The translations under genes and the position numbers were made by a program. This document shows positions 20,128 to 33,700 of a stretch of DNA of 58,770 nucleotides, one piece after another (position 1 is the first letter of the stretch; each line of letters starts with the position of its first letter). The stretch spans positions 1-58,770 of the forward strand of contig NIVC01004128.1 in assembly GCA_002269645.1 (NCBI GenBank), written 5' to 3'. The notes under the pieces were generated by a model. That model was not told where the DNA came from, searched no databases, and saw only the letters and a program-made list of their open reading frames with translations. This DNA is from Macrostomum lignano. Taxonomy: Eukaryota.

Positions 20128-23100
20128 CGCCCTATTTCACCTTGAATAGAACGGCGATCAAATTGTGGCGGTCAAATGTACTCGTAGATGTAGTAGACCC
20201 GGCGGCCGCCCCCTTTGCCATGGCTGGACTTGCATATAAGGGGGGTAAATTTTGAGCTTACTTTGGCTTTTTAGACCAAAACAAAAATTTGGGCAAATCT
20301 GCCCCCACTACTTTAAAAATCCTGAATTGACCACCAAATCGGACTCATCTAAATGAAAACTTAAGAATACAAGCAACATTGTACATGCGCTAGTGCTTAA
20401 GTAGTGGAGTATTAAAAAATATATTTTTTGTTGCGTTGATTTCGAAGATCAAAAGGTATTACTTATAAGTAGGTAGGCTAAAACGCACACTTTTGCGTTC
20501 ACATCCAATTTCTGAAGTGTATGAAACTCAGAAAAATTTGCACGAGTCGCCTATACCCCACTTTGGAGCTTGCAGCAATTTTTCAAAGAGATGGCTGCTC
20601 AAAGGGTTAAAAGTTCAAGTTAGCTGTAGTATGAGGATTGGTCAATGCAAATAAATAATGAGCTCATTATACAAGAAAATAATTAATAAGGATATCAATA
20701 GTTCGCCCCACTGTCCACTGCACGTACTGAAAGGCGTACTGTCAGGTTCGAGCACAAAAACACCCGAAACTAAAAAAATCAACTTTAAAAATTCTGCTCT
20801 TTACATAATTTCCTCACAAAAATATTTCATACGTACAAAGAAGAAAACCTACAAACTTTTATCTTGCGGGATGGGGCGTACCCTTGAGGGCCGCCGGGGC
20901 GCCGGCCTAGAGGGTACGCCCCAATTTTTCGAACCACTGGGATACTGCCAAATAGTACTTAGAATAGCCTACTCTAAGTCTAACTACTTTTCATTTATTT
21001 TCAGAACTTTGTGAACATTGAGCTAAAGATTATCATACATTGATGTAACCACGCTCTGGTCGCGGGATAGGGCATGGGAACTTTTTGAAAGTGCCTCCTA
21101 TCCCGTGCACCCCCTGCACAGAGCCGTCGAGACTCGGCCAGGTCTCCGACCAGGCCTGGAGACTCCCGCTCTGCTGCACCCCTCCTGCTGCCTTGGTTCC
21201 GTCTCCCCTGCCGCCACACCTGCCTTTCCGGAGCTCCCTACCCCTCTCTGTACCTCCCCCTCTACCCTATCTCTTCTGTTTTTCGCCCTATTCTTCCTGT
21301 ACTTTCCCTATCCCCCTCTTTTTGTCTCCCTCTGCACTCTTTTCCTGCGCTGTCCCCTCTTTCCCTGTGTCTACTTACAGTATTTTGTGTGCTCACCGTC
21401 TCCCCATCCCCTCTCAAACTCCCAAACGGTGACGCAAGTCGTGTGACCCCTTCCCCCCTCGGTGACTCATCGATGACTCATCCCCCTCTCTTGCGCAACC
21501 TTTTCTCACGCCATTGTTCTCCTTCCCAAATTTCTCATGCGACACCCACCCCACCTCCGCTTCTATTGTTCTCGTTTTTGATTCTTTTGTTCTCACAACC
21601 CCCACCAATTATCACATTTTCTCCGATTTTCTCTTTCTTTTGTTCTCGTTTTCGCACCTAATTATCACCTTTTCCCCAATGTTTACTTTTCCATTGTTCT
21701 CAGTTCTCTCCAATTATCCCCAATTTCCAATTCCTTTGTTCTCGACCCCAGCCCTATTGTTCTCAATGTTTGCTTGCGCAACACTTTCGCGACCACCCGC
21801 TGCGCCAATTACCCCCCTACCCCACCTCCGGATTGCGCAATTTCCCTTTTTCTCATGTTGCTATGCCGGTATCATGCTTCTCATCATGACTCATTCTGAC
21901 GTCATTCTGCCGGCAGCCAATCAGAGAGAGGGAGCCATGGTAACGACCTTGAGGAGGCGGCTGTGAGGTCTATAAAAGGAAGCGATTTCGGCATGAGAAT
22001 ACTCAACTGAGTTTATCTCTGTTCCTCTCCTCGTCCTTCTTTGGACTTGCTGTCAGATTGAGTTCTGACCCATTCGTCTATAAGACGAATCCCTGCCGGC
22101 CCGCGGTCTGTTACCGCCAAGTTATCCTTAGCTCCCCAAGTGAGCTCGCCTATCGGCCAGCGGTCTGAAACCGCCCAGCATCATCAGCATCGCCTGATCT
22201 ACATCAGCGCCTCGTCGCTTCAGCGCATCGCCGCTTCACCGTCTGCCTGACTGCAGCCTACAGCCGCCCTCGGTCACTCCGCCTCTCTCTCTCTCTGTGC
22301 AGCTGCCGGTAAGTTCCTATTACTAATTTGTGCTCTAATCGCCTTGCTTATCCGGGGTTTGCCTATTTTTCCATTGTCTGATTAGAGAGCTGAGCCAATT
22401 GTGATACCGTAACCTTTTGCTGTATTTTACTCAATAGTGAAGCTGCCTAATTGCCTGATTATTCGCCTAAGGGCCTAATTATTAACTATTAACTAACTCC
22501 ATCATTATTTACTCTTTCACCATCATTTCTCTCATGGCTTGCTAAGCCTTTCTCCCGGGGTGGCAAAGCATAAGGAAGTTTGGGTAAGCTAATGGCCTCT
22601 CCCCGTGCACAGCCCGCCTGTGAGTGCGTGCTGCGGGGCCGCGTGTGCGTGCAGTAGAGGGATTAGCGAGTCTTGGCACAGAATGGCAGTAGGAAGGTTG
22701 CAACCCCATGCTGACGCGTCCCTTCGCCCTGAGCAATCTAAACTATAGACAGTACATGTTCGCCTCATACTACTTTTAGTAATCAAAGTCGCAAGTTAGC
22801 CTCGCTCACAGCCACAAAGGATCCCCTGCTGAGAAATCCTCCAGATTGAGCCCAGAGTTCCCGATCATGCCCCAAGCAGAGTCCCTGTACTCGGCTACAT
22901 ATGTCTCTCCTGTTAGCCTAAATCTCCTGGTAACCATCCCAGGCGGGGCTCTAGCATCGAGAGGTCTGGTAGAAAGATCCAGGTGCGCCAGGTCACATAG
23001 AGTGGTGGCAGCCACTCGGTCATACTATGACCGAGTGACCAACTATTGCACCTTGGCTACAGGTGGGGTCCATGTGGGTCCTTGGCCCTCTGGTCACAAA

Positions 23101-23403
23101 GCGCTACCAAAGCTATCAATCATGTGGGCGGGACAGTCTGGTGCTGGAGGTCCGTCAGGCCATTGCCCGGTCATAGGCAGCCTACGGTCATTGCCCCCTC
23201 TAGTCATGCGTTCGTCTCTCTACGGAGCGGACCGGCGACAAGGGTGGTTACATCAACATGTTTATTTACATTCTATTTGATTTTGTTTAACTGTCAATGT
23301 ACTCTAAATTCTAAATTTAAACTAAAATACACTTGGCATTAGTCAAAACTGACACTCTAGACTTAAAGCAAGAGTTGGAAAAGCTTGTTATTGCAGTTTA
23401 GGG

Positions 23404-24949
23404 TAGGGGGCGACCCAGTCCCGGGCCCGGGCCCGAAAAGTCGGGAATCCCGACCAAAATCGTGGCCCGACCCGGGCCCGGGCCCGACCCTAAAAAAGTC
23501 GGGAAATCGGGACAAGTCTTTTTTCCCTAAAGGCACTAACCGCGTGCGAATAAGAATAAAATTATTTTTATTCACAGCACAGCACAACACTCAGTTAAGC
23601 ATCGCATCAGCACTCAAGACTCAAGCACTGCACGACTGCAGTAATAGTAATAGATGATATGATGTGAAGTAGCAATATCATTGATTTGTAGTATGCTCTT
23701 AGCGTGAGCGTCTGTGACTGTGACCGTGAGCGTCAGCCACAGCCAGTTTCCACTTTCCAGGAAGATCGGATTTTTTCCAGGAAGATAAAATTAAAACATA
23801 GTTTTGCAATACTTTTTTGCAATATTGATTCCACTTTACACGCTGCAGGCTGCAGCCTAAAAGCAAAAATATGATTCTTAAAAAAGTTGATTTGTCAATT
23901 TTAAGCTTTTGTAAATAACATTTCCTATTTACATTCCAAGAAGTACCTATTAAGGGCCAAGGCTACCATTTTTCCAAGAAGTTTGCTATCTGTCAGAGTT
24001 TGTAATCGTGTTCATATTTGTATTGTATTCGTAGGTAGTTGTAGTCGTAGACTCATAGTATCATATTCGTAATCATATTCGTTTAGGTAGGTAGGTGAGC
24101 AGGTAGGCAGGTATCAGCTAATTACTTGTATTTCCATTGTCTGTTTGCCTGTTCTGTTGAGACAGTTGAGTGTTGTGTTGTGTTGTCACTTCACTTGTGT
24201 TCTGTTCTGTTGTCTTGTCTTGTTGTCTTATTGAATACTGACTGTGTACATGGCTCTTTACATTGAAGCTATGTAAAGGAACTAAAAATTCAAATAAAAG
24301 AATCAATCAATTGATTTGGTTCTTACTTCCTTATTGCTTCCAATGCCAAGTGCCTTACACTTAATGCTTCAGCTTTTCTTCTTTTTGCTTACTGCCACTG
24401 CCAGTGCCAGCCGCACTACCGCAGTGCCTGCTTGCCTACCTCACTGCCTATTAGTGTCACTGTCACTGGCACACACACAGTACTTGTGCCACACAGTGAC
24501 ATTGAATTTGAACTATTGGGTATATTGATATTTGAGTATTAAGTCTTTTAATGTAACTCTTATCTATTCTGAAGTCTTAACTAATGTATTAAATAAAAAT
24601 AATATTTATTATATTATATATTTAATATATATTTAATTTAATATATTATATTTATTATATTTATATTATTATATATTCAATATATTTATATATTATAATA
24701 TATTTAATGTTTATCATATATTTATTATACATTTAATATATTATATTAGATTTAATATATCTATATATTTATTATATATTTAATAGTAATCCGCATATGC
24801 TAAAAGTATTAAGATTTATTATGATTTTTTTTCCAATTATTGAGCTGTCCTAAAGATCTTGTCCCGAATTCCCGAGGCCCGACCCGGGCCCAAGTCCTCA
24901 TTCCCGGGCCCGACCCGGGCCCGACTTTGGCTGTCCCGGTCGCCCCCTA
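23404..24949. mobile_element. Non-autonomous hAT-type element, 1.55 kb, 8-bp TSD GTTTAGGG
   Basis: TIR TAGGGGGCGACC / GGTCGCCCCCTA, subterminal CCCGGGCCCG repeats; GTTTAGGG at 23396-23403 and 24950-24957. Confidence 0.85.
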
Positions 24950-25528
24950 GTTTAGGGGCCTGATAAGCTCAATTGTCAATTTTCAAAAATAGTAGCTTTG
25001 ATGTTATAGTGAAAAAATGAATCTAGAAGCCTTAGAAAAATTTTAATTTAATCTAGAACTCTCAGTCTTATACTAAAGTTATACTTAACCCATAACTAAA
25101 TTAGAAATTATGACTGGGCCATACTCTAGATCATATAAGTATATACCTGAAAATTTAGGCATGCATTGGCTTTGCATATAAACTTAGGCGTGCAAAGTTG
25201 ATATGCATGACTCTTAAGAAAATAGTATAAGTATACACCTCGTATGTACTTCATATAATCATACAGAAGAGTTAGTATTAAGCCATAGTTTGGGAGGCAA
25301 CATGTACACTGGGATTTCCCAGTGTACAACAAGGGTATTTGTCATTTTTCAGCATACATCAGCATACACCCAAGTGTACATAACACAAAGGAAAATTTTT
25401 GGCTTATATCTATGGCATTCCTGCATACAATTTAGAATTAATTAAAGCAACTTTATATAAAATAGGGGCCTACTCTATATATAACATTGTCAACATAGAC
25501 ATTAAATAATAAAAAAAATTTATCTTAT

Positions 25529-26913
25529 GGGCAATTCCACGAATGGGTCACCACTAGGACAAAAATTAAAAAATTGTTGTCCTTCGAGAAAATGAGCGGC
25601 TGAGGAGTGAGCGGCGCCGAGCTTTGCGATCACCAACGCAGGTGAGGGATCAGAACCGCCAGGCATGCATTCGGTTTCAGAAGTGTAAGTAAAAAAGTTA
25701 AGACAGAAGGCAAAAATACTTTTAAAAACAACACAGTTTACTTAAAGTAATTAAACAACAACAGGCTTTAGAGAAAAAAATATGTTCAAGCGTATATTTT
25801 GAATTCCATAAACCAACCCCTTTTTTACCAGACTGTCGGCATCATGCGCCTACACTATTGGGCAGCCAAGCCTGACATAGTGGACTGCTCTGCCACCCTG
25901 TCTACCATTGGCGTGTCTATTGTGCAGCTTGTTCGGCCTGATGGTGATCAGCCTTCTGGTGGTGTCACTGGTGTGATGGAAGACCCCAGCAGTGCCAGCC
26001 AGATAGCCAAAGGCCAATGGGTGGCTGTCACTTACGACGGGAAGCTGTACGCTGGCCAGGTAGTGAAAGTCTGCACAAAGAATGGCAAGCCAGAGGCCAA
26101 GGTCAGTGTCATGGCTGAGTGTGGGCCAAACACCTACCGCTGGCCAAAGAAGCAGGACTGCATTTATTATGCACTGTCAGACATAGTGCAGCATTTACCA
26201 TTTTCTAATTCAAATGCATTTTCTAACTCATTTTATAGTTAAATTGCACACATGTTTTAACGTTGGATTAGCGCCATTTACCAGATGGATGCCAGGGGTC
26301 GCTTGATGGGATAGCCAACTGGGGTCATTGTCCAGCAGCCTTCCATCGGAAGCTCCAACGATGACCCCCATAATAATGATTTTAGTCACTTATAATTACT
26401 GTTGAAATACGTAACATTGGTGTACAATTTGAATTATGACCTTTAGTAGTCTTTTTTGTTTGTGTTACATGCAGTTTTCAATTTTTCCGAGTTGGTTAGA
26501 GTGGGTAAATTGAAGGCTACAACTGTCACGCTACAACCGTCACAACAAAAAATAATCATAAAAATTAATAAAAAAGAGTACTATGCCTAGCTTTGTCTCT
26601 TTTTTCAAGGTGCTAGTGTTTTTAATCAGAAACAGACCAATTTAGATACCTAAGCAGTTGTAATTCTTAGGATTTAAAATTCTTTTTTTCCAACTGCACC
26701 TGTGCTCAATTCTGTGGCTACAATTGTCACGCCCACTAAATTGTGTCCCATTTGTTTAAAATAAATTTCTGTGTGCAGAAATGTTTGTTTTCCCTAGACT
26801 CCATTACAGAATTATTCTTTTGAGACAAAAAACTCTGGTATAAGTATTTTTTTCATGTCAGAATTAAAGTTCAAAGTCATCAAGCTACGACCGTCACACT
26901 CATGGAATTGCCC
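25529..26913 (+). mobile_element. Non-autonomous DNA transposon with GGGCAATTCCA TIRs, TTAT flanks and a remnant ORF (25799-26242)
   Basis: TIRs at 25529 and 26913; TTAT on both sides. The ORF has GQWVAVTYDGKLYAGQV...YRWPKKQD..YY...DIV, a Tudor/SH3-like module common at the C-terminus of invertebrate transposases. Confidence 0.6.
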
Positions 26914-29475
26914 TTATACCGTCAAAAACATTTTCCTTATTTTTTAGCACATAAAAAGTATTTAGAGTACTTCTTTTATAGTTGTCTATTTTAGTGCACA
27001 TTGCTAAAGTGCATATTTTTAAGTTTGTTTCTCTGTATGAATCAGAATAATAAATTCTAAGAATGAAAAAAAGTATACAAATTTGGTGTACATAGTTGAA
27101 AACATTTTTAGTCCTGGTGTACAAATGTGGTCCTGTACTTTTCCCCCATTAGACTTGGCATAGCCTATATTAATATTAATATATAATCTAAACTATAGGT
27201 ATTAAATGGAAAAAAGCTTGAAAATATTTATATCATAGCAAAAATTTTAAACTTTCTAGGTTTTAAGCTTGTTAATCATGCATTCAGACAAAAGTTTAGT
27301 CAGATCAATTTTCCACTATAAATATTAGTATAGGCCTCCTAGACAAGAAAGATAAACAATCAACAAAATAATCAGCCAAAAAGGTCCCTTTATACAATAC
27401 AAAAAAGTCACTGTGGCAATACAAAAAAGGTCTTTTATTTGCCTACATTTAATCTAGGCCTATATTTAATTTTGCCTAAATTAATCCTAGATTTGAGAGT
27501 GCAAGTGTGTACTAATTTTTTGCATACATTTGTAACTCCTCAATTTTTGTTTGGGTATGCACCTAGCCTAGGCCTAGCATAATCTAGACTATGGCATAGA
27601 TTAAAAAAGAAATGTTTTGACTCCAACTGAAAATCTTCTTGTATTGCATCTCGACAATACACGATATGCAAAATGCCAAAGGTTAGGTAGGTCTAGCCTA
27701 GCTCATAGTACAGCATAAACAGTCAGTGATTTTTTTAAATGAGCTTACCTCTGACATTATAGAATATAGATCTTTAGAGACGGAAAACAGGAAAAAGTAT
27801 TACAAGCGTAATTGGTTTTTAAGTGGATGTCTAGAAACACAAACAGAGTCTTCTGAGACTTGCGTCGTCACGAATTCTCGCGTATTTACCACTTGGATTA
27901 TTAAATTTAAAAGTTTGTATAAATCCTTCGATTTTTAATTTTCTTACGGTTACAAAATAAAATACAAAAAATGCTAGTGTCGCAATTTTCAAGTAGGGCC
28001 TAGACAGAATAGAATCACTAGTCAACGCTTAACAAACTACAAACCACACCCAGTAATTACAACGCAGAAAGTGTGCAGTTACTCGCATATTTCTTGGAAA
28101 GATTATTTAGCAAATTAGTTCAAAAACAAGCGTTCATAAAAACTTAGAAATCCGTACTAAAACAATTGCTTGTTTACTTTTAAACCAGATGTTAGAATTA
28201 AATTTAACTTTTTAAGAAAACAGTATAGAAAATGGAAACAAGAAAAGTAAGTTAACAACGATTAGACACAATACATAAGCCGGATCAGTGATTTCCGACC
28301 GACTACTCCACTCACAGGGCTATGAAGCTGTGTGTCTTAATGAAATGCTAAAGTATGATTTGGCAACATAACCGTTCAATTGCTATACGTGTATAACATG
28401 CACAAAACAAGAAAGCTATTAGTTAGTTTCTGTTTGACTACTGACAATTCAGTAGTGTAAGCGTATTTTTGAACGTATAATCACTTCAGTACCTACAGCT
28501 CGGAGCTACAGGAGGTGCGCATAGTCGGAATCAATAGATGCGTCGGTTAAAATGCAATGGCTATACTGTGCGAGGGCAACGCCCATATAATAAAATCCCT
28601 GTATAACAGCCGATCCGACCCGAAAATTAAAGAGGCATAACAACAAATCTGTCTAAATAACAATTACGAGATAAGAGTTTCATCGCACGATTTTTATACA
28701 ATTTTTGTTATAACTAAAATTACTTTGTTTATATATAAATAATCCGTGGACAGATTAAATCTCTAAATTTATTGATTATAAATTATATTGTTATTGTTAT
28801 TATTAGATTTTTATAATTAAATGAAAAAACCACCGAAAAAAATTATCTCCAACAAAAATCGACAATTTACGAGTTCTTGTATCGAATTATAGAAATCATT
28901 ACACGTTGACACAAGACAACAATAAATGGCACACATGCACATGTATATAAAATAATGAATAGGAAATCATAAGTATAAATTTATTATTTGAAACTTATTA
29001 GTGCACTTTGACTTCGATGATTGTACAGTTGTGTCGACTGCAACAAGACGGAACGGATAGCATTAAGGTTAGGCAAAAAGAGATTTATAAAAGCAAGCAG
29101 GCTGCAACTGATGTTAATGGATAGATAAATCGGATACAAGTGTTATTATAGCTTAGTTTAAACTTTTATGACAATTTAAAAAATATTGCCAGATATATAC
29201 TACAGAGATCGGCAAGGCAAGTGTGTGCCTGTATAAATAATATTTTTATGCAAATTACTCGTAGCATCACATGCCATTTTATTCCGCTGGTCAGAGCAAT
29301 GTTAAATCTCTTCTCTGAGTCTGGGGGTCCGGATAAGATATAGACAGGCTAAACAGATGCTGAGTACTGAGAGCATGCAATGTGCAATGAGTACTGTGCG
29401 CACTGCGCTGCTGAGACAGAGACTGCTATTAGTTAAATATAAACCGACGGGCTTTTACTGAGGAAAATTGTGGGT

Positions 29476-29544
29476 GAGACAGACATACAAAAAGACAGAC
29501 ACTAAGAAAGACAGACAAACACATAGACAGTCAGAAAAACAGTC

Positions 29545-29589
<45 letters not shown>

Positions 29590-29601
29590 CTGAGACGGAC
29601 C

Positions 29602-29641
<40 letters not shown>

Positions 29642-29659
29642 CAGACACTGAGACGGACC

Positions 29660-29703
<44 letters not shown>

Positions 29704-29705
29704 TA
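29476..29705. repeat. (CAGA)n microsatellite with an internal duplication
   Basis: Direct. Confidence 0.95.
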
Positions 29706-30735
29706 CATAAGGACAACAGAGAGATAGAAGAGGCTACTAAGCCAGGTTAAAGAGAACAACAACACAAGAACCAAATGTCTGGTAGTTAAAGTCAAATAAC
29801 TTTTTGGTTTTGGTAAATTCAGGAGCAAAAACAGGAAACACGAAAGATAGATACAATTGCAGCAGAGATTTGATTTTTGATTTCCTTAGTTTTACGAACA
29901 AAAGCGTGGATTGTGGTGGCAAACAGAGAAGAAAGTTCGAATAATAGGCTTAACCGAGTCCTTAGTGATTGCACTGGCGGTTTAATTGTATAGAATATAA
30001 AAAAACAGGCATTTTGACAACAGTATCTCAATTGACATTGCAGTATTATTATATAACTGGCAGTTTGTGAATCTCAATCGTAGTTCGAGGTTATATTGAG
30101 TGAGCAGAAAATCTCCAAGTAATAAAAATAAACAGACGCACAAATGGCCCCAAGCAAAGACTTAAAGATAAATGAATCTCTCACAACAACAAGATGTGAT
30201 TGATTTACAGTGGAAACATTTAAATTAGAGTTAAATATAAACAGAATAGAAATATTGATTTATGAGAACAAAAATATCTTTGCTTGACATTAGTAATCTG
30301 AAATATAATGGTAAGAGCTAAAATTTTAATGAGCGAGAACTGGGGTTTTAAAGGCCGATTTCCATTTAATTGTTATGTACTTTACAATTGCAAACTATTT
30401 TTAACTTTTCTTAAATTTTTATACGAAATATGCAAGTGCTTAGGTACTTTTCAAGTGCTTAAGTACTCCTTAAGTACTTACGTACTCTTCAAGAACTTAA
30501 ATATTTCTTAGTAAAGGTACATGTGTACTTAAATTACTAAAGTACTTTTATAGCAAATTTGCACTTCTAAGTACACCAAGAACTATAAGAATTATATAAC
30601 TTCCGGCAGATCAATAACAAGTAAGCAATATTGAAATATTTAGTTGACTAATAAAGAAACAATGTATCAGTTAAAACACACGCGTGTCAATTGACAGTTT
30701 ACTGAGACAACAATAAATGAACACGCAAATAAAAA

Positions 30736-33700
30736 TCACAGCTGCACAGGCCTATTCTTAACCTTGTCGATGCAATAGGCGGTGAAACGGCGTAGAAATT
30801 TCGGATATTCCCGTTTCGCCACCTGCCTGAGGACGGTGGCGGGAGCCCAGCCGCCTGGATTAATGTTAGCCGCGTACTGAATTCGGCAGCGAATATGCCG
30901 ACGGTCCGCCGGCAGCTCGGGCGGCAGCTCGGTCTCGCAGATCATGCTGACATTCAATCGCATACGCTGGCGACTATTAATGAGTGGCGGAGCCTTATAA
31001 TCGGTGCTATAATTCACTACCATTGTGCGCCGTTCGTCGTGTCGAATGTGCGACCAAAAGACCGCATCGCGTTGAGCTGTCGGCCAGACCCGGCGATAGA
31101 TTTGATGCAGCAGGACAGTGTCCGCAGCTAACGTATCGACTACGACTGGAGCGGAGTCGAGAGTGTGCTCCCAGTCAAGGCGGTAGTGCAAATCCCAGAA
31201 GTATTCGGCCACTTCTCTGGCTGACACGCCCGAGACAGTGTACGTAGCCAATATTGGATCGATAATCATGCCTGTGGAAATGAAAGGGATAAAAGGAATA
31301 AATATTTTTTTAGATACAAAAGTACAGATGCACATTAAAGACGCGTACTTTGGCGGAAGCTGCTAAAACATTGTGTACATAATTAAAGTACATGTACTGG
31401 TACTTTTAGAGTACATGCGCACTTTCGAAGTACACGCGTACTTTATGAAGTGCACACGCACTTTCTAAAGTAAATATTATATTTTGCCCGTGTTCTCTAA
31501 AAGTACACGTGACCTTTTTAGTGGCGTGAATTCACTTTTAATGCAAGAAATGGAAAATCCAGACTGCTGTCTCGGTTTAAATAAGCGAATTTTTAGCGCT
31601 CCATTTAAACAAACGTAGTCAAAGTATAGAATCTGAAATGTGTTAGAACGCATTAACCGCAAGCGAAAAAAAACTACTGGTACTCACACAGTGAGCAATT
31701 ACTCTTTAGAATAGAAGCTTCATTATGAAAACAATTAATGCGCTGATTAATTTACATCACTGTAAAAATTTGCCAGTTAAAAAATTCAATAGTCAACTTA
31801 ATAAAATTGTTGACTAACATACCACTGGCTGTAAATTTAATTAGGGAAAGGTTTTTTGTAGTTTGGTAGCTTGTAGTTTATACGCAGTTTGTAGCTTAAA
31901 GTTTGTAGGTAGTTTGTAGCTTATAGTTTATAGGTATTGGGTTGTTAGGAAAGTTCTGTCCGTTTTTTTATTTTTCTATGCAGAGGATCATGAAGCTGTG
32001 TTGGATCCAATACTTGTGTATGCATACACAGCCAGAGTTGTGGTCATTCTAACCAAGTCATTTGCTTTTCAGCGCCCAACTATGGCCAGAAATTTTGAAT
32101 TAAACAGCATCGCTTTAAGGCAGTGCATGCTATATGATTTTCTAGCAGGTATTACAGCAGCCGAATCGACTCGACGCCTGTGCAGTGCATTTGGCCAGGA
32201 TGCTGTCTCTGACCGCACAGCCCGTTGTTGGTTTGATCGCTTTCGCAGCGGCGACTACAGCCTTGCTGACGAACCTCGCCCTGGACGCCCATCTGAGATA
32301 GACACTGAGCTGCTGCGGACACTTGTGGAGGCCAATCCGCACCAGACTACACGAGAGCTGGCAGCCACTCTCGGGTGCTCCCATGTGCAAGTCGCTGAAC
32401 ACCTGGCTGCCATGGGCAAGAAAAGCAAGCTCGGACAGTGGACCCCCCATGACCTGACTGACAGGGACCGTCAAAGCCGAGCAGACATTTGCACCTCACT
32501 GCTCTCCTACAAGAGAACAACAGACTGGCTGGCCTCAATACTCACTGGTGATGAGAAGTGGGTGATGTACGTTAATATACACCGCAAGCGCCAGTGGGTC
32601 GATGCCGGCAAGCCGCCACAGCCAGAGCCAAAGGCTCCACTGCACCCTAAGAAGGTGATGCTCTGCTGTTGGTGGGACAGTGAAGGAGTTGTATACTTTG
32701 AGCTGCTGCCGCCCAACACCAGCATCACCGCCGAGCTCTACTGTAACCAGCTGCAGAATGTGGCCGACTGCCTCCGCACACAGCGTCCAGGGCGTCAGCA
32801 TGTTCGCTTCCTTCATGACAACGCTCGGCCGCACACCGCCAATTTGACCCGACAAAAGCTGCTGGATCTGGGCTGGGAAGTGCTGCCTCACCCACCTTAC
32901 AGCCCTGATCTGGCCCCTACAGACTACCATCTTTTTCGAGCGCTGCACCATCATCTGAAAGAGAAAACGTTTGAAGATGACAAAGGGGTCAAGGACTGCA
33001 TTACTAACTTTTTTGAATCACAGCCCAAGGATTTCTACAGAGCTGGCATCCAAAGTCTGCCCTCTCGTTGGCAGAGGGTCATCGATTGCGATGGCAATTA
33101 TTTTACTGAGTAACACTGCTGCGTTCCTATAAAAACTCGCTCCAACCTATTTTAGTCAAAACGGACAGAACTTTCCTAACAGCCCAATAGTTTGTAGCTT
33201 ATAGTTTATATGCAGTTTGTAGCTTAAAGTTTGTAGGTAGTTTGTAGCTTATAGTTTATAGGTAGTTTGTAGCTTATAGTTTATAGGTAGTTTGTAGCTT
33301 ATAGTTTATATGCAGTTTGTAGCTTAAAGTTTGTAGGTAGTTTGTAGCTTATAGTTTATAGGTAGTTTGTAGCTTATAGTTTATAGGTAGTTTGTAGCTT
33401 ATAGTTTATAGGTAGTTTGTAGCTTATAGTTTATAGGCAGTTTGTAGCTTATAGTTTATAGGTAGTTTGTAGCTTATAGTTTATAGGTAGTTTGTAGCTT
33501 ATAGTTTATAGGCAGTTTGTAGCTTATAGTTTATAGGTAGTTTGTAGCTTATAGTTTATATGCAGTTTGTAGCTTAAAGTTTGTAGGTAGTTTGTAGCTT
33601 ATAGTTTATAGGTAGTTTGTAGCTTATAGTTTATAGGTAGTTTGTAGCTTATAGTTTATAGGCAGTTTGTAGCTTATAGTTTATAGGTAGTTTGTAGCTT

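Noticed and set aside
19685-20255. Six overlapping repeat-protein ORFs
   Set aside because: Artefact of a stop-free 16-bp tandem repeat.
20873-20922. 12-bp perfect GC-rich stem as a structured RNA
   Set aside because: It lies beside a CAGTGG-type MITE end and is best explained as transposon-internal palindrome; no RNA family motif was recognised.
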